From positions 868,001-932,000 of the forward strand of contig NC_134031.1 in NCBI RefSeq assembly GCF_964204645.1: a stretch of DNA of 64,000 bases, given 5' to 3'. The notes beneath the pieces are model-generated. The model was not told where the DNA came from and searched no databases. It saw nothing but the letters and a program-made list of their open reading frames with translations. This DNA comes from Tubulanus polymorphus. Lineage: Eukaryota > Animalia > Nemertea. Made by a program: the position numbers and the translations under genes. Position 1 is the stretch's first letter. Each line of letters begins with the position of its first letter. Positions 24,964 to 37,775 of this stretch are shown here, piece by piece.

Positions 24964-27900
24964 CTATCCGGAAACGATGTTAGGATGAACGGCTGTTATT
25001 GAAGTAATCGACCGTGGAGTGGCTGAACCAAAATCCGATTCAGAATCGGACATGTCTTCTGAATTGTCTTCTGTTGTGAATTCGTGTACTTTAGTTTGTT
25101 GGAACGGAGGTTTTTTCAGCAATCTGATTATCAGAAATATCGGTCCGATCAGAAGAACCAGAGCACCCATAGCAGAACCAACTGCAACTGCTATTACAGG
25201 GAATGCATCTACCGGTGCATCAGTAGCGGCGAGTGTGGTGATCACTGAAATATGATTATAACATAGTTTATACCTAGATGAGGAGGCTTCATTAGCCTTG
25301 CATCATTCAATGTTTCCAGTTTGAGAGAAAGTACAACATGCAGCACAAACGTTTTTATCACAAATAATTTTCACAAATAATGTTCTAGTTTACCTTTGGA
25401 AGTTGTCTGTTTAGAAATTGTTTCTGATGCGGTTGTTGATAATGTCGTAGTTGGCATAAGTTGCTTCAGTGTCCCGTAAACCTGAACCTCACAGACAGTA
25501 AGAGGGCTCCCGATAGAGTTCTGTTTCATCAACACGACATACCGACCTACAGCACCAGGTGGACATTCTATCAGCATAATCTGACCTTCTTTTAATTGAG
25601 AAATTGTGCCACAACTTGTGAAATTTCCAGGTTTTCTAGGTGTTGTTGGTGCTACAGTTGATCCATCTGTTGTAGTGGTATCATCATTAACAGTAGATGT
25701 TGCGCTAGAAGTTCCAGACGTTTGACCGGTGTTAGGATCAGTAGACGTTGTGACAGATGAACTTGAACTTGCTGTCGAGGTTAGATCTGATGCTGATGAT
25801 GATGTTGATGCTTCTGACAATGTTGTATCTTGTATTGAAGTCGGGCTTTCTATAAGCAAAACATCAGTGTTGTTTTCATTTACCTATCATTTACGAAGGC
25901 CCAAACAATTTCGAATTTTACGTTCAGAATAGAAACTGATACAGCTTAAGTAATAAGTGTCAATTGATTTCAAGGAACTACGGAGTTCGTAGAAGATTAC
26001 AAATAACCTCTTATAAACATAGGCAAATAATTTCCAAAGAGGAACTTTTTTTGCATCCAGTGCAGGTCATTACTGATGTAAAGGAAAAATGATAAGGAGG
26101 ATTATATTTTCCTCCTCCATGAGGACCTACCAGGAGATGTTGACGCGGTCTCTTCATCTATTGGGTTTATGTTGTACAGATCACTTGGTAAAAATTCATC
26201 CACGACAAAGATAGTAACGTTCGAAAAATCTGATCCTGAAAATGTACAAACATTCGGAATCTTGAGGACTGAAATATGTCGTGCCATAACGAATTAACGG
26301 AGCCAAATTAGAATTTTTGATATGTGTACCATAATTATCTGCGACATTTGTAACGACGACTTTCTCAACTTGATAAACATTCACCAGAAACACGGCCCAC
26401 CATTCAGTTCTGTGGACACCAGCAGTGCGAGAACATTTGGTATATTTGGATTCGATATTTCCATCAGTGGCCAAATCACTTGTTAAATTCGACGTTGTTG
26501 AACTTTGAGATGTCGATTTATTCAATGCCAAATTTTCTACAGTATTCTCTGGAAATTAAGAAAATTTGATGTTTTACTTAGGTTTCATATTTTCATCTAA
26601 ATAGACATTTTCAAAACGAACTTTTGAGGCCGTCTAATAAAAATGTTTGACAACCAATCGTTACAGTTCTAATCGTTACCACATTGACCTGACAAACTTA
26701 CAAACCCAGTCAATCACTACGACTCCGTGGTCCAGTGGTAAACACGCTCACCTGGTTTGCTAGCGGTCCCTGGTTCGAGTCCAGCTGGAGAGCTATAGCA
26801 ATTCTTTTTTGTGAAAATGATTGGAGGGAAATTTCCATTTGGGAATTTAGAACTGCCCCTGAAGATGCCTTAGATGGAGCTACCTGGAATTTAGCAATAC
26901 CTTTTGTGGCATTGTACACATATCCCGCTACTTCCACTTCACACAATACGATAGGATTAATTCGACTCCGTTTTACTATTGATAAATATCGGCCCCAGAT
27001 ATTCGGTTGGCATCGTGTTTCCTGAACCTCAGTTGTTACGTAGTTAGTCGCGGTATCCTGTGTACAGTAAAAGCGAGAAGTTCGGTTTGTGTCAGAGTCG
27101 TGCCATTTCGGAGACAACCATATCTCATAATCCGTTAGCCATACATCTGTAGAAAATAAAAGGAACTTATGCAGACAAAGTATGAAGCTTTTCTTAAGAA
27201 CAGACATTCAAACTTACTTCCAATGCCATCCGTATTTATTATAACAACTTGTTTGACTTTATATTCAATCTCAAGATCGACGCTCCACCATATCGTCTGT
27301 TCGTCCTCGTTAACGGTTATCATGGTGCAGCGTGACATATCGTAAACGCCATCGGCTGCCAGGTTTGATAGTTCTCCGCCCTCAGCGTGATCAGATTGTT
27401 TACAGTTTTTACCAACTGCAGCGTTCAGTACGACATCTGTAATGCAAGTTTTGTCACGATTTCTTTTTCTAATTCTTCGTGGTCATTTTCATTGATGCTA
27501 CGATTGAACTGCATTTCATCTTTAAAAAAACGTTAAATAAAGACCTCATACCTTTAGAGCATTTATCGATAATACAGAATTCCCAGCGTGATCCCGTAGT
27601 TTGATAACACCAGGGGAAATTTTCATCCAAACGTCGGCAGTAATTCTTTGCCGCTATGTGTGACTGTTCAGGAAAATCTTTCGATTTTGTATCGAATGGA
27701 TGCGATTGCGGTTTCTGTCTATTCCAACGTTGACATTTGTTTCCTTTTTCTGTCTGGCTTTGTGTTCCGTGATATTCGACGCCTTCTGATGTCCATACAC
27801 ATTCTTCCCCTGTTACCAGATAGATATTATAAAATGTTTTAAATTTAACATTAAGTTTTCATTTCAATTTTCTATAAATTGAGATACATCGATACTCTCC

Positions 27901-30900
27901 AACACCAAATGTGATTGGCAGAGTCTATTTTGTCACTCGTTTGATGGGATGCAAGGAAGGCTGTAACTAAAAGCACCTCGGATGGCTTTAGAGGTTGGTA
28001 CCGCTGGTTCCAATTAGCTGAAAATTAGGAACCAACGTGGTGGATAATCTCACTGATAAGAACAAGCCTATACCATAAAAGATACGACAAAAGATTTTAC
28101 CGAATGCTTCTGTTCCATAGATGTCTATTTCACAGATAACCAGTGGACTGGGATGAACTGGTTTGTAGACGAAAACATGCGATGCCATCACTGGTTTTAT
28201 GCATTTCACCTCCGTAACCGAGTCTGTAGAGATTGTTACGTCATCTGCGCATAATTTCAACTTGCCGGATGCTCGACTGGACGACACCTTTGCAGGCGCC
28301 AAGTCAACGAAATCGACCGAAGTGTAAATATGAATATCTTCTTGGGCTTTAAGCGGAAAATATAGAATACAATTTTATTCCCACAATTAAAAAGTAGAGG
28401 GGTCCGAATTGTTACTTGAGCAAATATGTCTATCAGGAAACATTTCTGACTCTTTTTTCCATTTATTGAAGGATTTGATATCATATATCTTTCAACACCG
28501 ACTCATTTAACAACCGTTTTATTGAATAAAGCTTAGAATACAATACATTTACCTCACACATTATGTCAGGATGTAAACGCCGCACATAATGATTGATACT
28601 CACTACAACAGTTTTCAGGTCCGAAGAATCGGATTTTTCGTACAAAATAAACCGCATGGTACAGATCTATAAACCAATATCTATCATGGCTAGTATAACA
28701 AGAGACAGGCGGAGGTGCTTTAGTTAATTCTACGGTTGCAGCGCGTTCTTTACGTGGTACTATTCCATCCAGCGCGAGATGTCCGCCATTTCTAACTGCT
28801 CTGAACGGCTGAACGGCTATATTACCTAAATCAAGATAACACAAGTCAAATTTTCGATGTTCTCTTTTCACAAAATGGGGATGATGATAACATTAGCTAG
28901 AGGCTCATGTAATTCGGGAGTTTGTGTTGCGATACTGTGGAGGTGCTTCCTACAGCTGCTAAAAGTATGATATATGAAATCCCACACTTACGTGTGTAAT
29001 GAAAAATGTAGTCCAAAATGCTCGTAGTATTCTTCAGGAATACTTAAGTTATGATAAATCACTAAGCAATCCTTTTCGGACTCTTTTTTCTTTTTGTTAG
29101 GATTTCAGATTATAGTTATATAACATGGACAGTGATTTTCGTCAATGCTTATCATAATGATATTACATATTTGACGTAAAAAGGCACTGTTACTTTTTAC
29201 TTCAGTTAGCTGTGTGCTTTGATGTCAAATGTGACGCCAGGTGCATACGTACCCCTGTATTTAGACTTCACGGTATAAACGGAACGTTGGAATGACCGCC
29301 CCGCAAGATGAGTCGCATGCATGTGTATCAGAGCTACAGTTTTACTGATGAATTACCTGTGTGTTTTGCGCTGTATATCTTCACTTCTCTAAAGACGAGT
29401 GCACGAGTTCTTGGTTGTGTGATTTTGACAAATTTACCTCGACGTATCGGGTTACAGGGTACCTTCCTAGTTTCCAGCGACCTCACAATATTATTTCCCT
29501 TGTCATCGAAACATAACTCGTAGTTTGAATTATCTTCTGATACATCGATTGTCCATTCCCACGACATACACGGCGCTAGTTCTATACAAATATTAGATAT
29601 TAGAATATTAAACAACTATTTCATATTGAGGCGGCCATCCTGGTCCATGCGCTTGTACGGCGGCCATCTTAGGTTCATGAACAAATGCGGCCATGTTGAC
29701 TCAAGCTTGGCTTCTGGTCATTTTGGCAAAATGTCAGTAGTTAAAGTCAAAATCATTTCGATATCATTGCATACATTCATCAAAATCCAAGAAGATAGTA
29801 AAATATATGTTAACGATATGAATGTTTTTTGCGATGCATTAATTTCACTGTCTGTAGTTTGATTATCGATGACTTACGTATCGGTTTTTCACAGTAATAT
29901 ATATGATCGCTGCCTGTACATGAAATATCGTTCCATCTGCCTCTTGAGTCTCTATTCGTCACACAATCTTCACCAGATTTATCGTTCGGTTCATCGTCAT
30001 CCCAGTTTAAGAAGCGCGGCTGAAATATGAATCTCAGCATCAGCTTCGAAATGATTATATATATTATACCACTGATTATACTGTACCGGTTTCGTGTCGG
30101 AATTCCAAACAAACTTATTTTCATCCTTGATATCATTTAATCCTATGGTAAAGCTATTCGAATTATCAGCTGCAATGAAAAAAAAATTAAACATCTTGGG
30201 TGAAAAATGGAATGAACTCTCAGTGAGTGCATGTTTTTTACCCAGGAAGTCTAGAGTACATTTTGTCTATGACGCCTCAATAGAGTATGAATTCGATTTA
30301 GGATTTTAAACGATTTCATGTTTAATTTACGGAAAGTAGATATGCTATAAAAAGAAGCGGGCGCCGAATATCGAGTCAAGTATAACATACCCTGAAGCCA
30401 TTTCCACGTCTCCCAGTTTCTAATTGTTATAAGTTGGCCTCCTTTCTTCTCACATTCAGTCCTGGCCTCATTAGCATTCAACAACTTCTTCGAAAATGAA
30501 GCCAAACACTTTTTATTACTGGGATCTAGTTTCCAGTCCGGATCGTTACCACATGGATAGTTGTCCAATTCTGTATTGAAACGGTCGACATAAAATAAAT
30601 AAGTTTCTAAAATGAATTATTTAAATTTTCTCTCTGCATGACTCATCGAAATCTACCAAAAAGTACAGTAAAACTGACCGCGGTGACGACCAACTCTTTT
30701 GATTAATTCGGACAAAATATTTCAACTTTGTAAAACGTATAATTCGATCATTATCTCGGCCGGTGTCCGGTGATTGGCTGAGTTAGGCGAGGTTTACTGT
30801 AAAAATCTAGTTTAGCTATACATTATATGATATAAAGTAGATGACAATCTTAGCAGTCGATCCAACGGAATAAAGACTCCAAAGTTTAATCATTAGTGAA

Positions 30901-33900
30901 CAAAACGACATCCTAGGTACGTAGATATTATGTCAGTCCTTGCCCATTCTGACGATAACAAATTTCCTCAATGTTTTGTATTATGCAATGTTCAAAATAG
31001 AAATATCTCACCATTGTTTGTACATACAGGCATCTGTATAGAGACCCATGCGACATCTATTGTAAATGCCAATTCAACTTTCCACCAATTAGGACGTATT
31101 GTGACCGTTCGTAACGTCATCGAAAATCGTGATAGAAAGTCTGGATGCACATCACCATCGATAGCATTATCAGCCTGATAATGCGAGTAAGTCGTGAATT
31201 GAGATGCTTTTCCGGTTACCGCAAAATTACCTTTGGGAAAATGAGCCATGAGATGCTGATGAAAATTTACCGACAAAGACCACAACTCATTGAAATTTGT
31301 CGACTAAACATAGGAATAAGAAAGTTTACACTTTTTGATCAACGCCACATCAGTCTGGTGAATTCCTTTATTGGAAATGTCGCTATGATATTTTCCTACA
31401 TGTGAAAACTAAAGAACGTAGCTAAATGAATACCTACCATCAAATGGGAGGCCATATACCTCAAGCTCAGCAAGATTCAGTGCTGCAGTAGGACCACTGA
31501 TATCCTCTATATAAACATATACATATCTACCAAGATTTCCACGCGTACAGTGCAGGATTAAAGCGTGATTTTTAGCTATTACTGTCGCTTTTTTATTCTG
31601 GTAGCACATTCTACAGTGATTGAAGTCAACAGTATTGAGATCCGGATGTCGATAGCAAACTGCAACTTTTTGATGAACGCTTCCAGCTAAAAATGATGTC
31701 GAGAATATGGTTTGATTAAAAATAAATAGGGAGGTACTATATCATTCTAAACCCAGACATGATAGGATATGTTAACCTAGTATAAATCCTGTTAACACGA
31801 AAAGTAGTCGTATGTGTATGAGAAATTACGAGCTTTCGCTGTTAGTGTAAACAGTAGGCAGGTAATTTGGCAGGTAAACGGGTAGTACTGTGTAGATGAT
31901 GCGAGGACGCCTTTGGATACTTATGCCTCTCGTAGCTTGATAGGGTAAATGAATTTTTATGAAACGCCCAGACAGAAATAACGAAAGATTTCTAATAAAA
32001 TCAGTTAACCTACAAAATACTACCTCTGTTTTTCACGTTAAATGATTCTACATGAAGTTCAGTGATTGTTTGTTGGAAAATCTAATAAATAGTTAACCTG
32101 TTCCACCCGACATTAGTTTTCCAATACCATTCGATCCTGTTATCAGAACAACAGTTTTGATATTGAACCAGCCAGAAAGATCGACTACAATGAAATCCAC
32201 GTTGCTGCTGCTGGACCCTGTATATTCCGTATCCCTCCGGCCGTCCAGCATCGGACTGACAACTGTTCCCGATTCTGGTCCGTACCATTGATCACCACCG
32301 ACCATTATTCTACGACCTAACGCGAGGTTTTCTGGAACAAGCAAAATTAAAGCAATGTAACCAACTTTGCTACAAATGCAGAACATATCATTAGAGGTCA
32401 TTAATACACAATACTATTATATTACAATCCCCATTCTTATTTATTGTTGTTTGAGTCATTTTATTTCGTTTTCTTTCCGTTTGTTTCTGTTTGCGGTGTT
32501 TATGATATTCTATGCAAATAAAGATGACAGTTTTAAACGTACATCCGGCGGGCACCAACTACTCACAACGATACAGCAGACTTAATCAACAGCCGAAATA
32601 GCTCAGTTGGGAGAGCGTTAGACTGAAGATCTAAAGGTCCCTGGTTCGATCCCGGGTTTCGGCAAATTCTTTTCCAAAAAGATGACTTGAATTATTTTAT
32701 AAGCTTTAATCTATATTCTCTTACCACCGATTAACGGGTTCCCATACACCTCTACCTCACATAGAGCTAGTCGAATCGACGGCTGATCCAGACCCTGTTG
32801 GATGACTACGTGTCGACCGATTTCATTGGTTAATATCAGAAAATTTTCGCCGAATCCTATGAGACCAGTTTTTCGGAAAAGGAATTTCACATCGAAGTCT
32901 GTTGGTTTTATTAGCTGTCCGTGAAACTCAGTAGTCAAATAACCCTCTAGGTACGACATTCTGTAGTCTGCAGATAAACAACAACATTACAGATACAAAC
33001 ATTTCATGTGATAAACTTCCCAAAATTCAAGGAATCTGATAGAATACGAATTCATAGAAATATTTGTCTTTTTCGATTTGTAGGATACAGATCCTCTTGG
33101 TCTGGTATCGCAGAGTGGGTAGTCAAGAGTAAATCTTCGACCTCAGTGACAAACACAATAGAAATAATTAAAAAAACTGTCGTAAAACTGACAAATTATT
33201 CTCGGAGATTATTTGCCCCAATTTCAATGAAATTCCACTCATGTATAAAAACGATTTATCTTTATTGGAAATCATCTAAATGTTTTCTCTTCCCTGAATA
33301 ATCTATAAAACAGAAAACAACTAAACCTGCGAGTGGAGTGGCGCTTGCGACGACGATTACTTTACGAATGTGATGTAGTTTCGCTAAGTCAACGTGCCAC
33401 CAATTCTGTTTCGCGTTATCAGAAACTGCACAGATTGAGTAGAAACTGTTATAATACGAATCAGGTTCAGTTTGTCGACTCGAATCGACGGCTAATGCGG
33501 GCACTAAATTTGCTTCATTGCCATTAACTCGGAATTGTGCAGACTTTCGAGCTGCTAAGTTTTCTGAAAATGAAGAAAAATCACTGGTTCGGTTATCAGT
33601 TATCAGTTATCCGATTTTTAAACTTCCACTAACAATAGGTTTGAAGGATAACTATGTTTTCCATCGGTGAAAGTAGTTATGAAGTTATTGCAATGAGCGC
33701 AGTTGAGGTTCGTACAAAAAACGGTATAGAGATAACGAACAATCCCATGTAAAAATAACGTAAGAGACAATGAAAATCCCATCATCGATGATTATAGCAG
33801 AGATTGATTTAGTGAGATTGTTCATAAGCTTCTAAACTGCGAATACATCAGTTTATGAAATAATCAAAATAAACATGGCGCTGATTTACCGAAACTATTT

Positions 33901-36642
33901 CGCGAATAAACTTCAACTTCACAGATGGAAAATCCGTATTTTTGTTTCGTTATTCGTCGAATGATGACGTAACGACCGGAAGCTTCAGATGTACAGATAA
34001 ACCTCGTGACTCGTCCCGTCACTAGTTCACCGACGTCACACAACGTGTAATTATCTGGATTCGCTTCTAATGCGTTTTGAAATAGATCCGTAACGATCAC
34101 CTCGACGTATTCGTTACTGAACGCTGAAAAAAACGTGCAGAAATTATAATTATTACATACAGTTGATCTGTCGCACAGCGCGTCATATTGGACGTCACTC
34201 AACTAATTCCACCGCACGTGACGCGGGGAAACCCTCGGAAACATGTTTCTGTCTCCCGTTTCCATGTTCTACATGTGTCGTATGTGTTGAGCTTGCAGTA
34301 GTAACAAATTGACTGTCATGTCTGTGTTGACGGCAAACAATAAGTGTTTCATGAACCTCAAATAAGATCTTACTTCACTTATATATTTACCACCTCAGTT
34401 AGTGCATATGCGCAACATGAATAAATCTGTCTCAATTACTATCGCCAGTATCTAACCGAAAGGTGGCCTTACAAGTCACTCAGCGTACTTACAAAACTGA
34501 AATTCAGTTCGTTATTGCGATACAGTAATATTGGCCGTCAATATTGTGACTTCCTACTTACAATTAGTCGCTCGCACTTGAGGCCAATATGACGCACTGT
34601 GACATCATGTGCATACATAAAGAGGTCGAACAGATGACGTCACGGTTTGTTGGTGAAAACGTAACAACAAAAAATTTGATTCACAGATTTCGGAGGAACT
34701 GCCATGAAATCACCACCAATATGGCGTCGGTCACGTGATCAAAACACGTGAATGCACGACCTCAATACGGATATAAGAATTTACCATTCTGACGAGCTAA
34801 AACGAGCACTTCTCTGATATCATACGATTCGCCTAGATCCAGATACCACCAGGCCCAATCCCACCAATCAGGTTTAGCCTCAGAACACGAGTACGGTTTC
34901 GAGAACGCTTCCGGTTCGTGGCGACCATCGATTGCTAGTTCCGGTCCCATGTTCGATGTGGATAGAGGCGCCATGTACGCTTTTGTAAACAGATTTATGT
35001 TTTCTGAAATAATTCAATACATTTCAATAAGTATAGATATATTTAAAGGAATCGTGATAACCCGGTGTAACAGTTAACGTGAAAACTAGTAGTACTTTGT
35101 AAGTTTACTGAAATCATATAGTTTTCGTGTGCTAGTGCACAGAGTAGCTTTATCGGGTAAATGATGGGATTTTGATGAAGCTACTGCTATACACTGTATG
35201 ATGCTCGTTTCGTAATAAGGTCAGTTAACCTACACAGTTACCTTTTTTCAATCCTTATTACCTTATTATCTATTATTTATTATTAACGAAAAAAATTAAG
35301 CATATTTTAGAATTAATAGAATTAATAGAATTAAGCATATTTTTATACTGTATATAAAATTGTTTTTTCGTTAATATAGCTACTTATAACCTACACAGTT
35401 CTACCTGTCTGCTCGCTTATTGATTAGATCTAAATTTCTAACTATTCAATTGTCCGTTGATCGTTGAATAAATTACCTCCAATTTGTTTTGAATTGAGCT
35501 GCGGTGCTGAAATAGAGGACGCACAAACGAATTGAGATTCAAATTTCATACGAATAAAAATGAATGCGATTTTTTCTTAAAACTTACATTTCAATGTATA
35601 AAGCCAGTCCCACCAGACTCGTGTGTTAGTTGATGGAACGGGAAGTGATGGGTATAAGATACAACCGCCAGTTTTTGCATCAGTTTTAATTCCGGCCAGA
35701 AATGCTTTACACCTTGGAACCTCACTACATTTCTGTTCACATCGATCGAACGTCCAAGACCTATAACCCCCTAAATGGGCCACTCCAGTGTACGACTGAT
35801 GTGCGGTGTAGTTTGACCGTAACTCTTAAAAGAAGACAACTACATGAGACGAAAAGATACACAATATCCGTGTATGATGAATAACGGAAGAAATCCCGCA
35901 GTAAATTCATTGGCTGAATTTGTAGTGGGATTTCTCTCGTTAAGACAGCTAGATATAACCGACAAATAATCTTCACTCCGAGTGTAAGGAACGGCCTCAA
36001 TGGTTACCTCTTCTATTAAACAAAGTTCGATCATTTCGTATGGTTGATGTGCCGCATCTCGGGGCACTTTTAATATAACATTTACCGGTACTTGGGTGAA
36101 GGATAAATAGATCACACCGACTGTCAATATCGCAGTAATAACGACATTCGTCAGGAGTATGAATTGTTATCATATATAAATCTTTCGCGTAGCATTCACT
36201 TTTAACAAGTCGTGAGTATCCAGCAAAATAGTTAGCTGAAAAATAAACGAAATGTAATAATTTGTTTTTTTAGAAATCTACAAAGCAGGATCCAGTTTTA
36301 TAAAAATGATTAAAAACTCTAAAATCTAGATACGAATTAGACGTTTTTGTGACATTGTGGCCTACATTTTACACAATTACACTTCCATACTTACATCATC
36401 AATTAAATAATCAACTATAAACAAACAAACTTTATTTATGAGAGGTGCAGCTATCCAGTTCATAACTCAAAATGTATCGATTCATTATACTGTATGTACG
36501 GCTTACGAACATAAGATATACATATATACTACTATTATAATCGAAATATTCGACAGTAAGACAACTTACAATCTAAACTGACTCCATTTTCCACGATGAT
36601 TAACGCTATGAACGAATGAATCGCGAATAATAAGTTGTTCAT
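24964..36642 (-). CDS. Mosaic type-I membrane lectin receptor, copy A (~1694 aa): SP-PAN-PAN-FTLD x3-FTLD[nested C-type lectin]-FTLD-kringle-FTLD-FTLD[S/T insert]-TM-acidic tail
   Basis: 24 exons: 36570-36642 (MNNLLFAIHSFIALIIVENGVSLD), 36008-36235, 35588-35824, 35477-35506, 34785-35003, 33890-34123, 33327-33563, 32725-32967, 32098-32331, 31438-31686, 31012-31230, 30391-30570, 30087-30169, 29878-30019, 29357-29581, 28604-28825, 28101-28346, 27552-27809, 27218-27436, 26901-27146, 26330-26548, 26131-26235, 25394-25849, 24964-25244. They sum to 5085 nt in one open frame. FTLD motifs ENLA..K, A.DG, WW.VDL, GRYV, LCEVEVY; CTL IGLND..E, EPN, WND; kringle Y.G..S.T..G..CQRW, NYCR, PWCY, WEFC. Confidence 0.88.
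26721..26793 (+). mobile_element. tRNA-derived SINE head or tRNA pseudogene in an intron of copy A
   Basis: A-box tggtccagtgg and B-box ggttcgagtcc at tRNA spacing, poorly paired anticodon arm, downstream T run; not present in the matching intron of copy B. Confidence 0.55.
32592..32664 (+). tRNA. tRNA-Phe (GAA)
   Basis: GCCGAAATAGCTCAGTTGGGAGAGCGTTAGACTGAAGATCTAAAGGTCCCTGGTTCGATCCCGGGTTTCGGCA: canonical 73-nt metazoan cytosolic tRNA-Phe, followed by TTTT. Confidence 0.98.
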
Positions 36643-37775
36643 TTTTCATAAAGAAATCTTCGTGATCCTTGGTGGCAGAACTTCACATAGCAAAATACAA
36701 AAACCAAATGTGTCGATCTTATATCACTAGGGCGACTGCGCAGTTCCTTATTTGGAATACCGGTCGAAAATTGATAACAGGAAAAATTATTCTTACGTAT
36801 TTTTAAACTTGCCGATGGCCTCCACGAGCATATTCTAATCTCTTTACTGCTGATCCTCCCCGAGGTGAGATCTTTATTCAAATAAATGCATGTATTGCGG
36901 GCTGTATAAAGCAAATTATCATTTTCGACGAGGAACCAAATACATTTTCTAAAACCTACGTTAAAAAGTCTACCAATCACTAATAGTCTCTTCAATAATA
37001 GTCTTTTTTCCTCCCATAAACACTTCTGAAAGATTATCAAATGCATACTACTATTGAATTCTAATGGTAAATAGTTCTATAATCTTCCCGTTTCATATTA
37101 CAAGGGTGAACATTCTATTCTTTCAATCTTCATTTCATGCTAGTTTCTTTATGTCCACGAGTAAAAACGATAGCAACAAGAAGAGTTGCGCAAACTGTTC
37201 GAGACTCGTAATTCATGTAATTAGTAACCAATACATCACAGATCTATGAAACCAATCCTCAACTTTTACCTTTTAATTGGTGTAAAAAAAAGTAACGTAT
37301 ATTTTGTAGTAAGTCGTGATTATATTTCATCTCTTTTAATCCATCGTACATCATTTACAAAATTATAGTTGTTCATACACAACTCGTATATTTCAAAACT
37401 CAAAAACATGTTTTGATGGAAGTATCTTAGTACAAATTGAAGCCAGACCAAGGCAGGTCGCGATAACCGATTCCAGATAACTCTTTAACTACCGCTTATA
37501 TCAGGTTAATAAACTATAACGATAATAATGATGATAATAATAATTATAATAATTGTTATTATAATTATTCATTCTCTAAGGGCAATCAATACAAAAACTC
37601 CGAACGAATTTCAATCAGTGCACTGTTCTAGAAAAGATAGAGCTTATTCTGGTCGAAACGAACGTACGAGAGGAGATCGGTAGAAACCTGCCGTATTGTA
37701 TGTGTGCGAATACAAATGTGAGTCTTATAAACACTTTTACAGTTGCTAGTGCTAGACGTGATTTTGGTTTTTTTT

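Noticed and set aside
36639-37046. 135-aa ORF whose stop overlaps the lectin start codon (ATGA)
   Set aside because: The paralogous segments at 49923-50285 and 23400-23830 are frameshifted or contain stops, and no domain is recognisable; probably promoter/UTR sequence.
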